Source: Rhabdothermincola salaria (GTDB taxonomy: Bacteria > Actinomycetota > Acidimicrobiia > Acidimicrobiales > Acidimicrobilacustridaceae). Taken from it: DNA of 64,000 nt. A program made the translations under genes and the position numbers. This document shows, piece after piece, positions 40,714 through 50,729 of the stretch. Location: contig NZ_JAJQXW010000003.1 in assembly GCF_021246445.1 (NCBI RefSeq), forward strand, positions 186,001 through 250,000, in the 5' to 3' direction. The notes beneath the pieces are model-generated. The model ran no database searches and had not been told where the DNA came from. It was given only the letters and a program-made list of their open reading frames with translations. Numbering within the stretch: the stretch's first letter is position 1; the number at the start of each line of letters is the position of its first letter.

Positions 40714-42359
40714 GGGGACAGCCACGCCCCGGCGGTGATGAGCTGGGCCGGTGTGCGGCGCCCCGGGGCGCCCTCGGGGAAGGTCCAGTCGGCCAGACCG
40801 TGCACGGAGGGGGTGGTGACGATCACGAACCGCTGGCGCACCAGGTAGACGTAGGGGAGACGATCGGCCAGCTGCTCCTGCACGACCCGGTAGGCCTCGA
40901 CCCGGGTCTCGAGGTCGGGTGCGGCCCGGCTCTCGTCGAGCGCGGCGGTGAGCGCGGCGTCGTCGTTGCGGGCGAAGTTGAGCGAGAGCTGCCCGGGCGG
41001 TCGCACCGTGCCGGCGGCGATGAAGGAGTAGGAGCGGTCGAGGGTGGGGTCGCCGAACAGGATCCACCCGGTGGCCTGGTAGTTGCCGTTGAGGGCGTCG
41101 GCGATGAGCGTCGCCTGGTCCATGGTCTCGATGACCATCTCCACGCCGATGCTGCGGAAGCGCTCCTGGGCGGCCTCGGTGACGGCCCGGATCTCGGGGG
41201 TCGACGGGATGTGGATGGTGTACGACAGCGGTTCGCCGTTCTCGGCCTGGTACTGCTCGTGGAGGCGACGGGCCTCCTCGAGGTCGTAGGCGGGGTAGTC
41301 GGTCTCGGCGAAGTAGGGCGAGGAGCGGTCGAAGGGCCCTTCGGCCGGGGGGAAGAGCCCCAGGTACCCGATCTCGGAGCTGCTCTGGCGGTCGGTGCCG
41401 GTGGCCACGATGCGCCGGGCGAGCGGGTCGTCGAAGGGGGGCGCCGCCAGGTTGAGGGCGACCATGGTCACGCTCGTGTCCTCGGGGTCGCCGGTGAAGA
41501 CCTGGAAGGTGCCGTCGCGGGCCTCCTCGGCGAGGGAGAGGATCGACGCCGGGTCGTTGGTCTCGACGACGTCCACGCTGCCCGATCGAATCGCGGCCGC
41601 TCTCGACGACGGGTCGGCGAGCACCCTGAACTCCACGGCGTCGAGGTACGGCATGCCCTCACGCCAGTAGGTCGGGTTGGCCTCGACGCGCAGGGTGGAG
41701 TCCGGCACCCAGTCCACGAACGTGAAGGGGCCGGTGCCGACCGGGTTCCGGGCGCCGTCGGGGTCGGCGAGCATGCTGGGCGCAGCCATCACCCCCGTCT
41801 GGGCCGTGAGCGTGTGATCGAAGGTCGCCCACGGTTGGTTCATCACCACCCGCACGGTGAGGGGATCGACGACCTCCACCCGTTCGACGGCCAACAGGGC
41901 GGTGGCGGTGAGCGGCGAGGCCCGATGGGCGTCGAGGTTGGTCTTCACCGCATCGGCATCGAGCGGCGTGTCGTCGTGGAACAGCACCCCTGGCCGCAGG
42001 CCGATGAGCCACTCGGTGGCATCGGGGTTCGGTTCGAGCGAGAGGGCCAGGTAGGGCTGGGGGTTCCCCTCGGGGTCGTAGGCCGCCAGTCGGTCGAAGA
42101 CGGCGTTGGCCACGATGTACGCGGAGCTGGCCCACCGGTTGGCGACCGGGTTCCACCCGTCCGTCTCGGCATTGAGGCCCACGCGCAACGTCCCCCCGAG
42201 CCGAGGCGGGTTCTCGTACTCGGCGACCTGGTCGAGGTCGACCTCGGCCGATCGGGCGGGGCCTGCGTCGGAGGAGTCCCCACCGCACGCGCCGAGCACC
42301 GACGCCGCACCGAGGCACACGCTCAGCACCCTGATGACGCAGCTGCGACTGACGCTCAC
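40710..42359 (-). CDS. ABC transporter substrate-binding lipoprotein (family 5)
   Basis: Lipobox LGAC, PYLA, LRPGVLFHDDTP, PVGTGPF, PPFDD. Confidence 0.9.
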   Translation of the reverse strand: MSVSRSCVIRVLSVCLGAASVLGACGGDSSDAGPARSAEVDLDQVAEYENPPRLGGTLRVGLNAETDGWNPVANRWASSAYIVANAVFDRLAAYDPEGNPQPYLALSLEPNPDATEWLIGLRPGVLFHDDTPLDADAVKTNLDAHRASPLTATALLAVERVEVVDPLTVRVVMNQPWATFDHTLTAQTGVMAAPSMLADPDGARNPVGTGPFTFVDWVPDSTLRVEANPTYWREGMPYLDAVEFRVLADPSSRAAAIRSGSVDVVETNDPASILSLAEEARDGTFQVFTGDPEDTSVTMVALNLAAPPFDDPLARRIVATGTDRQSSSEIGYLGLFPPAEGPFDRSSPYFAETDYPAYDLEEARRLHEQYQAENGEPLSYTIHIPSTPEIRAVTEAAQERFRSIGVEMVIETMDQATLIADALNGNYQATGWILFGDPTLDRSYSFIAAGTVRPPGQLSLNFARNDDAALTAALDESRAAPDLETRVEAYRVVQEQLADRLPYVYLVRQRFVIVTTPSVHGLADWTFPEGAPGRRTPAQLITAGAWLSP

Positions 42360-42472
42360 ACGTGCCCTCCCACGTCGACCCCGACAGTGCCCCGCCGCGC
42401 CCACCGAGTGCCTCAGTGTGCCATAGGCAGCTCGCGCCCCGGCGGCCGACCACGGCCGCCGGGCTCAGATGC

Positions 42473-43051
42473 TCACCCGGTGAAGGAGAACCCGTCCAGG
42501 AGGACCTCGAGGCGGTCGGACTCCTCGCCGACTCGCCCGAGGTGGAGGACCTGGACCAGCCGATCGCCGTCCTGGAAGGCCACGCCGGAGGTGACCAGGT
42601 CGCCGTCGACGACCTCGAACGCCACGGCCTCGCGTCCCTGGAACGACCCGTCGGCGTCGAGCAGGGGCGACTCCGGATCCGTCGTGCCCCCCATGCCCAT
42701 CGCCGTGCCTTCCAGCAACTCGGACACCCGCTGCGGATCGACGAGGCCCGGCGGCAGCACGGTGGTGATGATGCTCAGCGCCTCCGAGTCGGTCTCCCAC
42801 GTGGAGCTCTCGGCGCTCATCGGCTCGGTGACCCCGGCGACCTGGACCGGGTCGCTGCGTCGCTCGACCTCGCCCGGGAAGGTGGCGGTGAAGCCGTCGC
42901 CGGTCACGGTGACGCCGCCGTCGGCATCGCTGGTCGCCGCGACCTCGCTGCTGGCGTCGCTGGTCGCTGCGACCCCGTCGTCGTCTCCGCCGCAGGCGGC
43001 GGTGAGGAAGAGCAGGGCAAGGGCCAGGGCGAGGAGACCACGTCGAATCAT
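42473..43051 (-). CDS. Putative lipoprotein
   Basis: Signal peptide with TAAC lipobox; GFTATFPG domain. Confidence 0.75.
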   Translation of the reverse strand: MIRRGLLALALALLFLTAACGGDDDGVAATSDASSEVAATSDADGGVTVTGDGFTATFPGEVERRSDPVQVAGVTEPMSAESSTWETDSEALSIITTVLPPGLVDPQRVSELLEGTAMGMGGTTDPESPLLDADGSFQGREAVAFEVVDGDLVTSGVAFQDGDRLVQVLHLGRVGEESDRLEVLLDGFSFTG

Positions 43052-43112
43052 GGCGGCCGACGGTACGCAGCCCGGCGGCGTCTCGTCGATGGGAACTTCT
43101 TCCCATCGCCCC

Positions 43113-44372
43113 TCAGCCGTTGGCCACCACGTCGGCGCCCTCGGCCGGGCCGGGGAGGCCCTCTTCGCCGGCCTCGGCGTCGTCGGGCTCGTGACCGGCC
43201 TGATGGCGCACCCACAGGGTGGACAGGAACTTGTCCACCGCCCTCACCACCCGACGGCTGCGGATGGTGGTCACCAGGTCGAACGCGTGCTGGGCGCCGT
43301 GCAGCTCGATGTAGACCACCGGGTTGTCGGAGACCGCCGCCAGCTCGTCGACGAAGCGACGGGCATCCTGGACCGGCGCCAGGGTGTCGTAGTCGCCGTG
43401 GATGACGAGGAACGGCGGCGCATCACCACGGAGGTTGTCCCGCGGGGACGCCGAGGCGAACTTCTCGGGCTCCTCGTCGAGGAACGCCTTGACGATCATG
43501 GGCTGCAGGAACCACTGCACGAACTCGTCGGGCATGGTGCCGTCGCGGTTGGTGAAGTCGTAGACCCCGTAGAAGGGCACCGCCGCCTGCACCGACGTAT
43601 CGGCGTCCTCGAAGCCGGGCTGGTACCGGGGGTCGTTCGGGGTCAGGGCGACCATGGAGGCGAGGTGCCCACCCGCGGAGCCGCCGGTGACGGCCACGAA
43701 CGAGGGGTCGACGCCGTACTCGTCGGCGTGCTCGCGGATGAAGGCCAGCGCCTGCTTGAGGTCGATGAGGTGGTCGGGCCAGGTGGCACCCGGGCTCAGC
43801 CGGTAGTTGGCGTTGAAGCACACCCAGCCCCGCTTGGCCATGGCCTTGAGCAGGGGGATGCCCTGCTCCCGCTTGTCCCCGATCACCCAGGCCCCGCCGT
43901 GGATCTGCAGCAGCGCCGGACGACGCTCACCCGGGGGCGGCGGATCGACCGGCTCGAACACGTCGAGGCGCAGCACGCGGCCGGCCACGCGGCGAAAGGG
44001 GATGTCCTTGCGTCGGCGGATCGCCAGGCGGCCCGCTTCGGGGGCCTCGTCGGTGAGCGCGGCCAACGCCTCCGAGGCCACCCCGGCAGTACCCCAGCTG
44101 CGCAGCACCATGACCACCATCGCCACCCAGTTCACCGCCGCCAGCACCAGCCCCACCCAGCCGGCCCAGTGCTGGAGGGCACCGGCCCACACCAGCGCGC
44201 CGGTGAGCACCAGCCCCACCGGCAGGAACAGCGCGGAGAGCTCGATGGTCACGGCCGACGCGAAGAACGAGGGGACGAAGAGGAGCCGGTTGCGGCGTAT
44301 GGGACGGAAGGCGTTCACGGTGAAGGCCACCGCCACGACGCTGAGCACGAGGAGCAACCACGATGCCCACAT
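43113..44372 (-). CDS. Membrane-anchored alpha/beta hydrolase (HSL-family esterase, LipM-like)
   Basis: N-terminal TMs, HGGAW, GGSAGG, HGDYD, HAFD. Confidence 0.9.
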   Translation of the reverse strand: MWASWLLLVLSVVAVAFTVNAFRPIRRNRLLFVPSFFASAVTIELSALFLPVGLVLTGALVWAGALQHWAGWVGLVLAAVNWVAMVVMVLRSWGTAGVASEALAALTDEAPEAGRLAIRRRKDIPFRRVAGRVLRLDVFEPVDPPPPGERRPALLQIHGGAWVIGDKREQGIPLLKAMAKRGWVCFNANYRLSPGATWPDHLIDLKQALAFIREHADEYGVDPSFVAVTGGSAGGHLASMVALTPNDPRYQPGFEDADTSVQAAVPFYGVYDFTNRDGTMPDEFVQWFLQPMIVKAFLDEEPEKFASASPRDNLRGDAPPFLVIHGDYDTLAPVQDARRFVDELAAVSDNPVVYIELHGAQHAFDLVTTIRSRRVVRAVDKFLSTLWVRHQAGHEPDDAEAGEEGLPGPAEGADVVANG

Positions 44373-44489
44373 CACCCCAGTGTGCCCTCGGGTGGGGGCG
44401 TTTCGCTCGGGTCGCCCGCCGGCCCGGCGACGACGCGCTCCCGGTGCAAGACTGCGCCTCCCATCCCTCCGTCGCCGAGCGAGGCACCG

Positions 44490-45887
44490 ATGCCCCAGCG
44501 ACTCAGCGGTCTCGACGCCGCCTTCTTGTACTTCGAGACGCGGTCCATGCCGATGAACGTGGCCTTCACCGCGGTGCTGGACCCGTCCACGGTGCCCGGG
44601 GGCTACTCGTTCGAGGAGATGCGCAGCCACATCGCGGCCCGTGTGCCGCTCGTCCCCAAGCTCCGGCGCAAGGTCGTCGACGTCCCGTTCCGGATCCACC
44701 ATCCGGTCTGGGTCGACGACGCCGACTATCGGCCCGAGCACCACATCCACCTGGCCCGGCTCGATCCGCCCGGCGACGAGCGGGCCCTCGCCGACTTCGT
44801 GGCCGACCTGGTGAGCCGCCCCCTCGACCGTCGCCGACCCCTCTGGGAGTTCTGGGTCGTCGAAGGCCTCGAGGGCGGGCACATCGCTCTCGCCGGCAAG
44901 GTCCACCACTGCGTGGTCGACGGCGTGTCCGGCGCCGACCTCATGCCGGCCTTCTTCGGCCTGGCCCCCGAGCCCGAGCCCATCGAGCCCCCGCAGACCC
45001 CGTCCGCCACCCTCCCGGGCGAGCTCGAGCTGCTCGGGTGGTCGATCGCCGACCGCGTGCGAGGCACGGTGGCGGGGATCGGAGCGCTGGGGCGGGTGGG
45101 CTGGGCCACCGACGCCATCCGGCGGCTCCGCCTCGAAGGCGAGCCGGCGGGAGGCACGCCGATGACCGCACCCCCGACGCCCTACAACGGGGCCATCACG
45201 GCCGGCCGTTCCATGGCCTTCGGCCGCCTGCCCCTCGACGGCGTCAAGGAGATCCGCCAGGCCACCGGCGCCAAGCTCAACGACGTGGTGCTCACCATCA
45301 CCGCCGGGGCCCTCCGTGCCCACCTGCTCGACCTCGATGCCCTCCCCGACCAGCCGCTCGTGGCCGCCGTGCCCGTGTCCGTGCGGCGCGAGGACCAGTT
45401 CGGCGACCTCAACAACATGGTGGCGGTGATGTTCGAGCCGCTGCGCACCGAGGTCGCCGACCCCCGCCGACGCCTCGAGCTCACCACCGCCGATTCGGCC
45501 GCGGCCAAGCGCGAGCAGCAGATCGTCGGCAAGTCGACCCTCGTCCAGCTCACCGAGATGGTCGACCCCCTCACGACCGGCATGGTGTGGGACCTCTACT
45601 CGCGGGCGGGCATGGCCGACCGCCACCGACCGGCGGTGAACGCCGTGGTCTCCAACGTGCCGGGTCCGCCCGTGCCCATCTACCTGGGTGGGGCCAAGGC
45701 CTTGCGGCTCTACCCGATGGGCCCGGTGGCCGAGTCGATGGGGCTCAACCTCACCGTCATGAGCTACGACGGCCACCTCGACATCGGCCTGCTCACCGCC
45801 AGCGCCCTCGTCCCCGACGCGTGGGAGGTCGTCGAGCACGTCGAAGCGGCCTACGCCGCGCTGCGCCAGGCCGTCGGCCTGGCCTGA
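44490..45887 (+). CDS. Wax ester synthase/diacylglycerol acyltransferase
   Basis: RLSGLDAAFL, RPLWE, HHCVVDG, SNVPGP. Confidence 0.93.
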   Translation: MPQRLSGLDAAFLYFETRSMPMNVAFTAVLDPSTVPGGYSFEEMRSHIAARVPLVPKLRRKVVDVPFRIHHPVWVDDADYRPEHHIHLARLDPPGDERALADFVADLVSRPLDRRRPLWEFWVVEGLEGGHIALAGKVHHCVVDGVSGADLMPAFFGLAPEPEPIEPPQTPSATLPGELELLGWSIADRVRGTVAGIGALGRVGWATDAIRRLRLEGEPAGGTPMTAPPTPYNGAITAGRSMAFGRLPLDGVKEIRQATGAKLNDVVLTITAGALRAHLLDLDALPDQPLVAAVPVSVRREDQFGDLNNMVAVMFEPLRTEVADPRRRLELTTADSAAAKREQQIVGKSTLVQLTEMVDPLTTGMVWDLYSRAGMADRHRPAVNAVVSNVPGPPVPIYLGGAKALRLYPMGPVAESMGLNLTVMSYDGHLDIGLLTASALVPDAWEVVEHVEAAYAALRQAVGLA

Positions 45888-45992
45888 CGACCCGGCGGGC
45901 CGGATCCGGCGTTCCCCGGCGGGGGCGCGTCACGAACGGGGGCGTGACGCAGCCTGGCGTGACCCCGGCCACAGTGTCGTACGATCGGCCGC

Positions 45993-47624
45993 ATGGCCTA
46001 CAACTTCGCTGACATGTTCGAGCACACCGTCGACACGGTGCCGGACCGGGTGGGCATCGCGTGCGAGGGCGAGCACCGCACGCTGGCCCAGCTCGAGGAC
46101 GCCGGGAACCGCCTCGCCCACCACCTCATCGCCGCCGGCGTCCAGCCGGGCGACCACGTGGGCATCTACGGACTCAACAGCATCCAGTGGGTCGAGGCCC
46201 TGCTGGGGGTCATCAAGGCCCGAGCCGTCCCGGTCAACATCAACTTCCGGTACGTGGCCGACGAGCTGCGCTACCTGTTCGACAACGCCGACCTGGTGGC
46301 GCTGTTCTACGACGCCCAGTTCGGACCCCTCGTCGCCGACGTCCGCGACGAGCTGCCCCTCCTCAAGACCCTCGTGCGCATGGACGACGGCAGCGGCACC
46401 ACCGACGAGCTGGGCGCCACCGACCTCGCCGACGCCCTGGCCGCCAACTCCCCCGAGCGGGACTTCGGCGAACGCAGCGGCGACGACCAGGTGATCATCT
46501 ACACCGGCGGCACGACCGGCATGCCCAAGGGCGTGATGTGGCGCAGCGAGGACATCTTCTACGCCCTCGCCGGCGGCATCGACATGGCCACCCGCGAACG
46601 GGTGCCCGACGAGTACCACCACGCCCGCCAGGCGCCCGAGAAGACCCCGACGGTGATGATGAACATCCCCCCGCTCATGCACGGGGCCGCCTTCGTGGGC
46701 ACCATCGGCCAGATGCTGCAGGGCAACACCGCGGTCCTGCTGCCCAAGTTCGACCCCTACGAGGTCTGGCGCACCATCGAGCGCGAGAAGGTCAACGCCA
46801 TCCTCATCGTGGGCGACGCCATGGCCCGCCCCATGATCGAGGCGTGGGAGGACATGGACGCCAAGGGCGAGACCCCGGACATCTCGTCGCTGTTCGCCAT
46901 CTCCTCCACGGCGGCGATCTTCAGCCAGACCGTGAAGGACCGCTACCTCGACACCTTCCCGAACCTCATCATCACCGACTCCATCGGCTCCACCGAGGGC
47001 GGGTTCAACGGCACCATCGTCGTCACCAAGGGTGAGCCGCCCAAGACGGTGGGGGCCAAGAGCGGCGGGCTCAACGTCAACGCCATGAACGACACCCACG
47101 TGCTCGACGACGACCTCAACATGGTCGAGCCCGGCTCCGGGGTCATCGGTCGCCTGGCCCGGGGCGGCAACATCCCCCTCGGCTACTACAAGGACGAGAA
47201 GAAGACCGCCGAGACCTTCGTCATCGGCCCCGACGGCAACCGCTACTCCATCCCCGGCGACTTCGCCACGATCGAGGCCGACGGCACCATCACCCTGCTC
47301 GGCCGCGGCTCGGTCTGCATCAACACCGGCGGCGAGAAGGTGTACCCCGAGGAGGTCGAGCAGGTGCTCAAGTCCCACCCGGCGGTGTACGACTGCCTGG
47401 TCGTGGGGATCACCGACGACCGCTGGGGCCAGAAGGTGACCGCCGTCGTGCAACCCCGCGAGGGTGCGAGCCTGGAGCTCGAGGAGCTGGCCGCCCACGC
47501 CCGCGAGCACCTCGCCGGCTACAAGGTGCCCCGCACCCTCCACCTCGTCGACAGCATCCAGCGCTCGCCCAGCGGCAAGCCCGACTACCCGTGGGCCAAG
47601 AAGCTGGCCGAAGCGGCGAGCTGA
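45993..47624 (+). CDS. Acyl-CoA synthetase (FadD19-like)
   Basis: YTGGTTGMPKG, PLMHG, GRGSVCINTGGEKVYPEEVE, SPSGKPDY. Confidence 0.9.
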   Translation: MAYNFADMFEHTVDTVPDRVGIACEGEHRTLAQLEDAGNRLAHHLIAAGVQPGDHVGIYGLNSIQWVEALLGVIKARAVPVNINFRYVADELRYLFDNADLVALFYDAQFGPLVADVRDELPLLKTLVRMDDGSGTTDELGATDLADALAANSPERDFGERSGDDQVIIYTGGTTGMPKGVMWRSEDIFYALAGGIDMATRERVPDEYHHARQAPEKTPTVMMNIPPLMHGAAFVGTIGQMLQGNTAVLLPKFDPYEVWRTIEREKVNAILIVGDAMARPMIEAWEDMDAKGETPDISSLFAISSTAAIFSQTVKDRYLDTFPNLIITDSIGSTEGGFNGTIVVTKGEPPKTVGAKSGGLNVNAMNDTHVLDDDLNMVEPGSGVIGRLARGGNIPLGYYKDEKKTAETFVIGPDGNRYSIPGDFATIEADGTITLLGRGSVCINTGGEKVYPEEVEQVLKSHPAVYDCLVVGITDDRWGQKVTAVVQPREGASLELEELAAHAREHLAGYKVPRTLHLVDSIQRSPSGKPDYPWAKKLAEAAS

Positions 47625-47639
47625 CCGCACCCGCCCGTC

Positions 47640-47660
47640 GCCCGGGGGGACACCCCGGGC
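47640..47660 (+). terminator. Hairpin after the acyl-CoA synthetase gene
   Basis: GCCCGGGG-N5-CCCCGGGC. Confidence 0.45.
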
Positions 47661-47777
47661 GTAGCGGCGTTACAGTGACGAACGTGTGTCGAGTGCCACC
47701 CACGGGTGGCCGGCACGCCACCCACTCCACCACACGCCACCACGGCGGCACCCGGCCGCCGACACAGGGGGAATGCA

Positions 47778-49241
47778 ATGCACACCTATGACAAGTTCTT
47801 CATCGGGGGCGAGTGGGTCGATCCCGCCGGCTCCGACACGCTCAAGGTCACCTCGCCCAGCTCCGGCGAGATCGTCGGCTCCGTGCCGGTGTCGACCCCC
47901 GCCGACATGGACCGTGCCGTCGCCGCCGCCAAGGAGGCCCTGACCGGCGAGTGGTCCACCTGGACCCAAGAGCAGCGCGCCGACCTGATCCAGCGGGTGG
48001 CCGACGGCATCAAGGCCCGCCAGGAGGACTTCAGCGGCCTCATCACCGAAGAGGTCGGTTCGCCGTTCTACTTCTCGATGTTCGGCCAGGTCCTCGCCGC
48101 AGCGATGATCCTCGAGGCCTTCGCCGCCCACACCCGCACCTTCGCCTTCGAGGAGCGCCGCGACGGCGCCCTCGGCGGCCAGATCATCGTGCGCCGCGAG
48201 CCGGTCGGCGTGGCCGCCGGGATCATCCCCTGGAACGTGCCGCTGTTCATCACCTGCCTGAAGCTCGGCCCGACGCTGGCCTCGGGCTCGACCATCGTGC
48301 TCAAGCCCGCTCCCGAGACCCCGCTCGACGCCAACGTGCTCGCCGAGATCCTCGTCGAGGCGGGCGTGCCCGCCGGTGTCGTCAACATCGTCGCCGCCGA
48401 CCGCGAGGTGGGCGAGCACCTGGTGCGCCACCCCGACGTCGACAAGGTGAGCTTCACCGGTTCCACCGCCGCCGGCCGCAAGATCGGCGCCATCTGCGGC
48501 GAGCAGCTCAAGCGCTGCACCCTCGAGCTCGGCGGCAAGTCCGCCGCCATCGTGTGCGAGGACGCCGACCTCGAGGAGACCATCCCGCACCTGATCGGTG
48601 GCGGCCTCATGAACAACGGCCAGGCCTGCGTCGCCCTCACCCGCGTGCTGGCCCCGCGGAGCCGCTACGACGAGATCCGCGACGCCCTCGCCGCCGCCGT
48701 GTCGGCTCAGGTCGTGGGCGACCCCACCAACCCCGACAACCTGGTGGGCCCGCTCATCGCCGACCGCCAGAAGGTCCGGGTCGAGGGCTACATCACCAAG
48801 GGCCGCGAGGAAGGCGCCACCGTCGTCGTGGGCGGCGATCTTCCCGAAGGCCTCGGGGAAGGCCACTTCGTGGCCCCGACGCTGTTCGCCGACGTCGACA
48901 ACTCGATGACGATCGCCCGCGAGGAGATCTTCGGCCCGGTGCTGTCGCTCATCGCCTACGACACCCTCGACGACGCCATCGCCATCGCCAACGACAGCGA
49001 CTACGGCCTGGCCGGCGCGGTGTACACCACCGACATCGCCAAGGGCATCGACGTGGCCCGCAAGGTGCGCACCGGCACCTTCGCGGTGAACACCACCCAG
49101 GGCATGGACTTCAACGGCCCCTTCGGCGGCTTCAAGAACTCCGGCATCGGCCGTGAGCTCGGCCCCGAGGGCATCCACGCCTTCTGCGAGGACAAGACCA
49201 TCTCGCTCCCCGGTGGCATCGACCTTCCCATCGGAGGCTGA
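47778..49241 (+). CDS. Aldehyde dehydrogenase
   Basis: PWNVP, FTGST, LELGGKS, GQAC, EEIFGPV, PFGGFKNSG. Confidence 0.95.
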   Translation: MHTYDKFFIGGEWVDPAGSDTLKVTSPSSGEIVGSVPVSTPADMDRAVAAAKEALTGEWSTWTQEQRADLIQRVADGIKARQEDFSGLITEEVGSPFYFSMFGQVLAAAMILEAFAAHTRTFAFEERRDGALGGQIIVRREPVGVAAGIIPWNVPLFITCLKLGPTLASGSTIVLKPAPETPLDANVLAEILVEAGVPAGVVNIVAADREVGEHLVRHPDVDKVSFTGSTAAGRKIGAICGEQLKRCTLELGGKSAAIVCEDADLEETIPHLIGGGLMNNGQACVALTRVLAPRSRYDEIRDALAAAVSAQVVGDPTNPDNLVGPLIADRQKVRVEGYITKGREEGATVVVGGDLPEGLGEGHFVAPTLFADVDNSMTIAREEIFGPVLSLIAYDTLDDAIAIANDSDYGLAGAVYTTDIAKGIDVARKVRTGTFAVNTTQGMDFNGPFGGFKNSGIGRELGPEGIHAFCEDKTISLPGGIDLPIGG

Positions 49242-49316
49242 CACTCGGCGGCCGAGGCCGCCACAGGACGACCGTCGAGGGGCCGGCTCCGTGCCGGCCC
49301 CTCGTCGCGTCCGTGA

Positions 49317-50624
49317 TCAGCCCCCGTGCTCCCGCCAGGCCGAGACCGGACCGAGGGCCTCGACCAGCACCTCGCTGCCGGAGAGATCGACCGGCACGGC
49401 GGCACAGGACCGTCCGCCGGACCGGGCCGCCTCCTCCAGCCGGTCGACGAGGCGCCCGTCCCCTCCAGCGGGGGCGCCACCCCACACCTCGACGACGAGG
49501 GGGAGGTCCCGTTCCGCCGCCAGGTCCACCACGGCTCTGGTCAGGTCGGTCACCGGTGCGGCGGTGACCGCCAGGGCCGGGCGATCGTCGAGCGCGGCGA
49601 CGAACGCGGTGGCCGCGGCGAACCCGTCGCACGGGCGGGCGGGCACCACCACCGTGGCCGCGCCGGGGAACAGGCCCCGGGCCAGCCACAGGCCGGCCGG
49701 CCCGGCATCGGCGGCCACGACCCCACCTACGGGCAGCAGCCCGAGGGTCTCCGCCGAGGTGGCGACCAGACCACCGGCGGCGTCGGAGGCGTGGTCGACG
49801 AGGGAGGCGAGGACCCGGGTGAGGTCGGATCCTCCCGGAGCCCGCTCGGCCACCTCGGGCCAGTGGCGGGCCATCAAGGCCAGGTGCCAGGGCTCGACCT
49901 CGAGCACCTGCACGGTGTCGGCCAGCGGCGGGGCCTCGGCGGGGTCGATGCCCGCGGTCACCACCAGCTCGGCGTCGGCCAGTCCGCTGCGCACGGCGTC
50001 GTCGGCCTGGAGTCCCACCACCCCCAGCCAGGCCGGGTCGTCGAGGGGCAGCACGCCCACCGCCCCGGGGGTGGCCACGACCCCCGCGCCGGTGCGCCTC
50101 GCCGCCTCGGCCACGGCCGGCGCCTGGCCGGCCCGGACCACACCGGGCCCGACGAGCAGCACCATCGAGAAGCCGGCGAGCGAGGGGGACAGGGCCACCA
50201 GCTGGTCCGAGGCGGCCGAGACGTCGAGCGGCTCGACCCCTTCAGGAGCCGGGGCGGTGAGGTCGAGGCCGCCCAGGTCGATCTCGGAGGCGGTGAGCAC
50301 CTCGCCGAGGCTCCACCCGGCCACGAGCAGCGGGAGCTCGGATGGGTCGGCGACCGGATGAGCCTCGACGACCAGGCCGGGTTGGGACGTCAGGCGCAAC
50401 CGGGCGTCGGAGAGCAGGGCGACGCCGGGGCCCGCGGCGTCCCCGGTGACCGACCGCCCGTCGGCGTCGGCCAGCACGGTGGCCAGCGCGTCGCTGGGAA
50501 CCTCGATGACGTCGAGGCCGGGCAGCGGCGCCGGAGGGTGCGCCCAGGAACAGAAGACCCGGCGGGCCCCCTGCGCCAGCAGGCATCGAGCGAGCAGATC
50601 GGCGACGGTCGGGGGCGTGGGCAC
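49317..50624 (-). CDS. Degenerate ThDP-enzyme-like (acetolactate synthase fold) protein
   Basis: TVADLLARCL..GARRVF, LVGPGVVR, GVLPLDDP..GVVG; no HE or GDG motif seen. Confidence 0.6.
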   Translation of the reverse strand: MPTPPTVADLLARCLLAQGARRVFCSWAHPPAPLPGLDVIEVPSDALATVLADADGRSVTGDAAGPGVALLSDARLRLTSQPGLVVEAHPVADPSELPLLVAGWSLGEVLTASEIDLGGLDLTAPAPEGVEPLDVSAASDQLVALSPSLAGFSMVLLVGPGVVRAGQAPAVAEAARRTGAGVVATPGAVGVLPLDDPAWLGVVGLQADDAVRSGLADAELVVTAGIDPAEAPPLADTVQVLEVEPWHLALMARHWPEVAERAPGGSDLTRVLASLVDHASDAAGGLVATSAETLGLLPVGGVVAADAGPAGLWLARGLFPGAATVVVPARPCDGFAAATAFVAALDDRPALAVTAAPVTDLTRAVVDLAAERDLPLVVEVWGGAPAGGDGRLVDRLEEAARSGGRSCAAVPVDLSGSEVLVEALGPVSAWREHGG

Positions 50625-50729
50625 GGCCCCAGTATCGCGGCGCTCGGCGCAGGCGCCGCTCCGACGCGAGCCACCGGCGGGGAAGAGCCACTACCCTCGA
50701 ATGGTCCGCGAGCCCTGGGGGCGACGTCC

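Noticed and set aside
45906..45925. CCGGCGTTC core match after the WS/DGAT gene
   Set aside because: No matching right arm; CCGGCG alone is common at this GC content.
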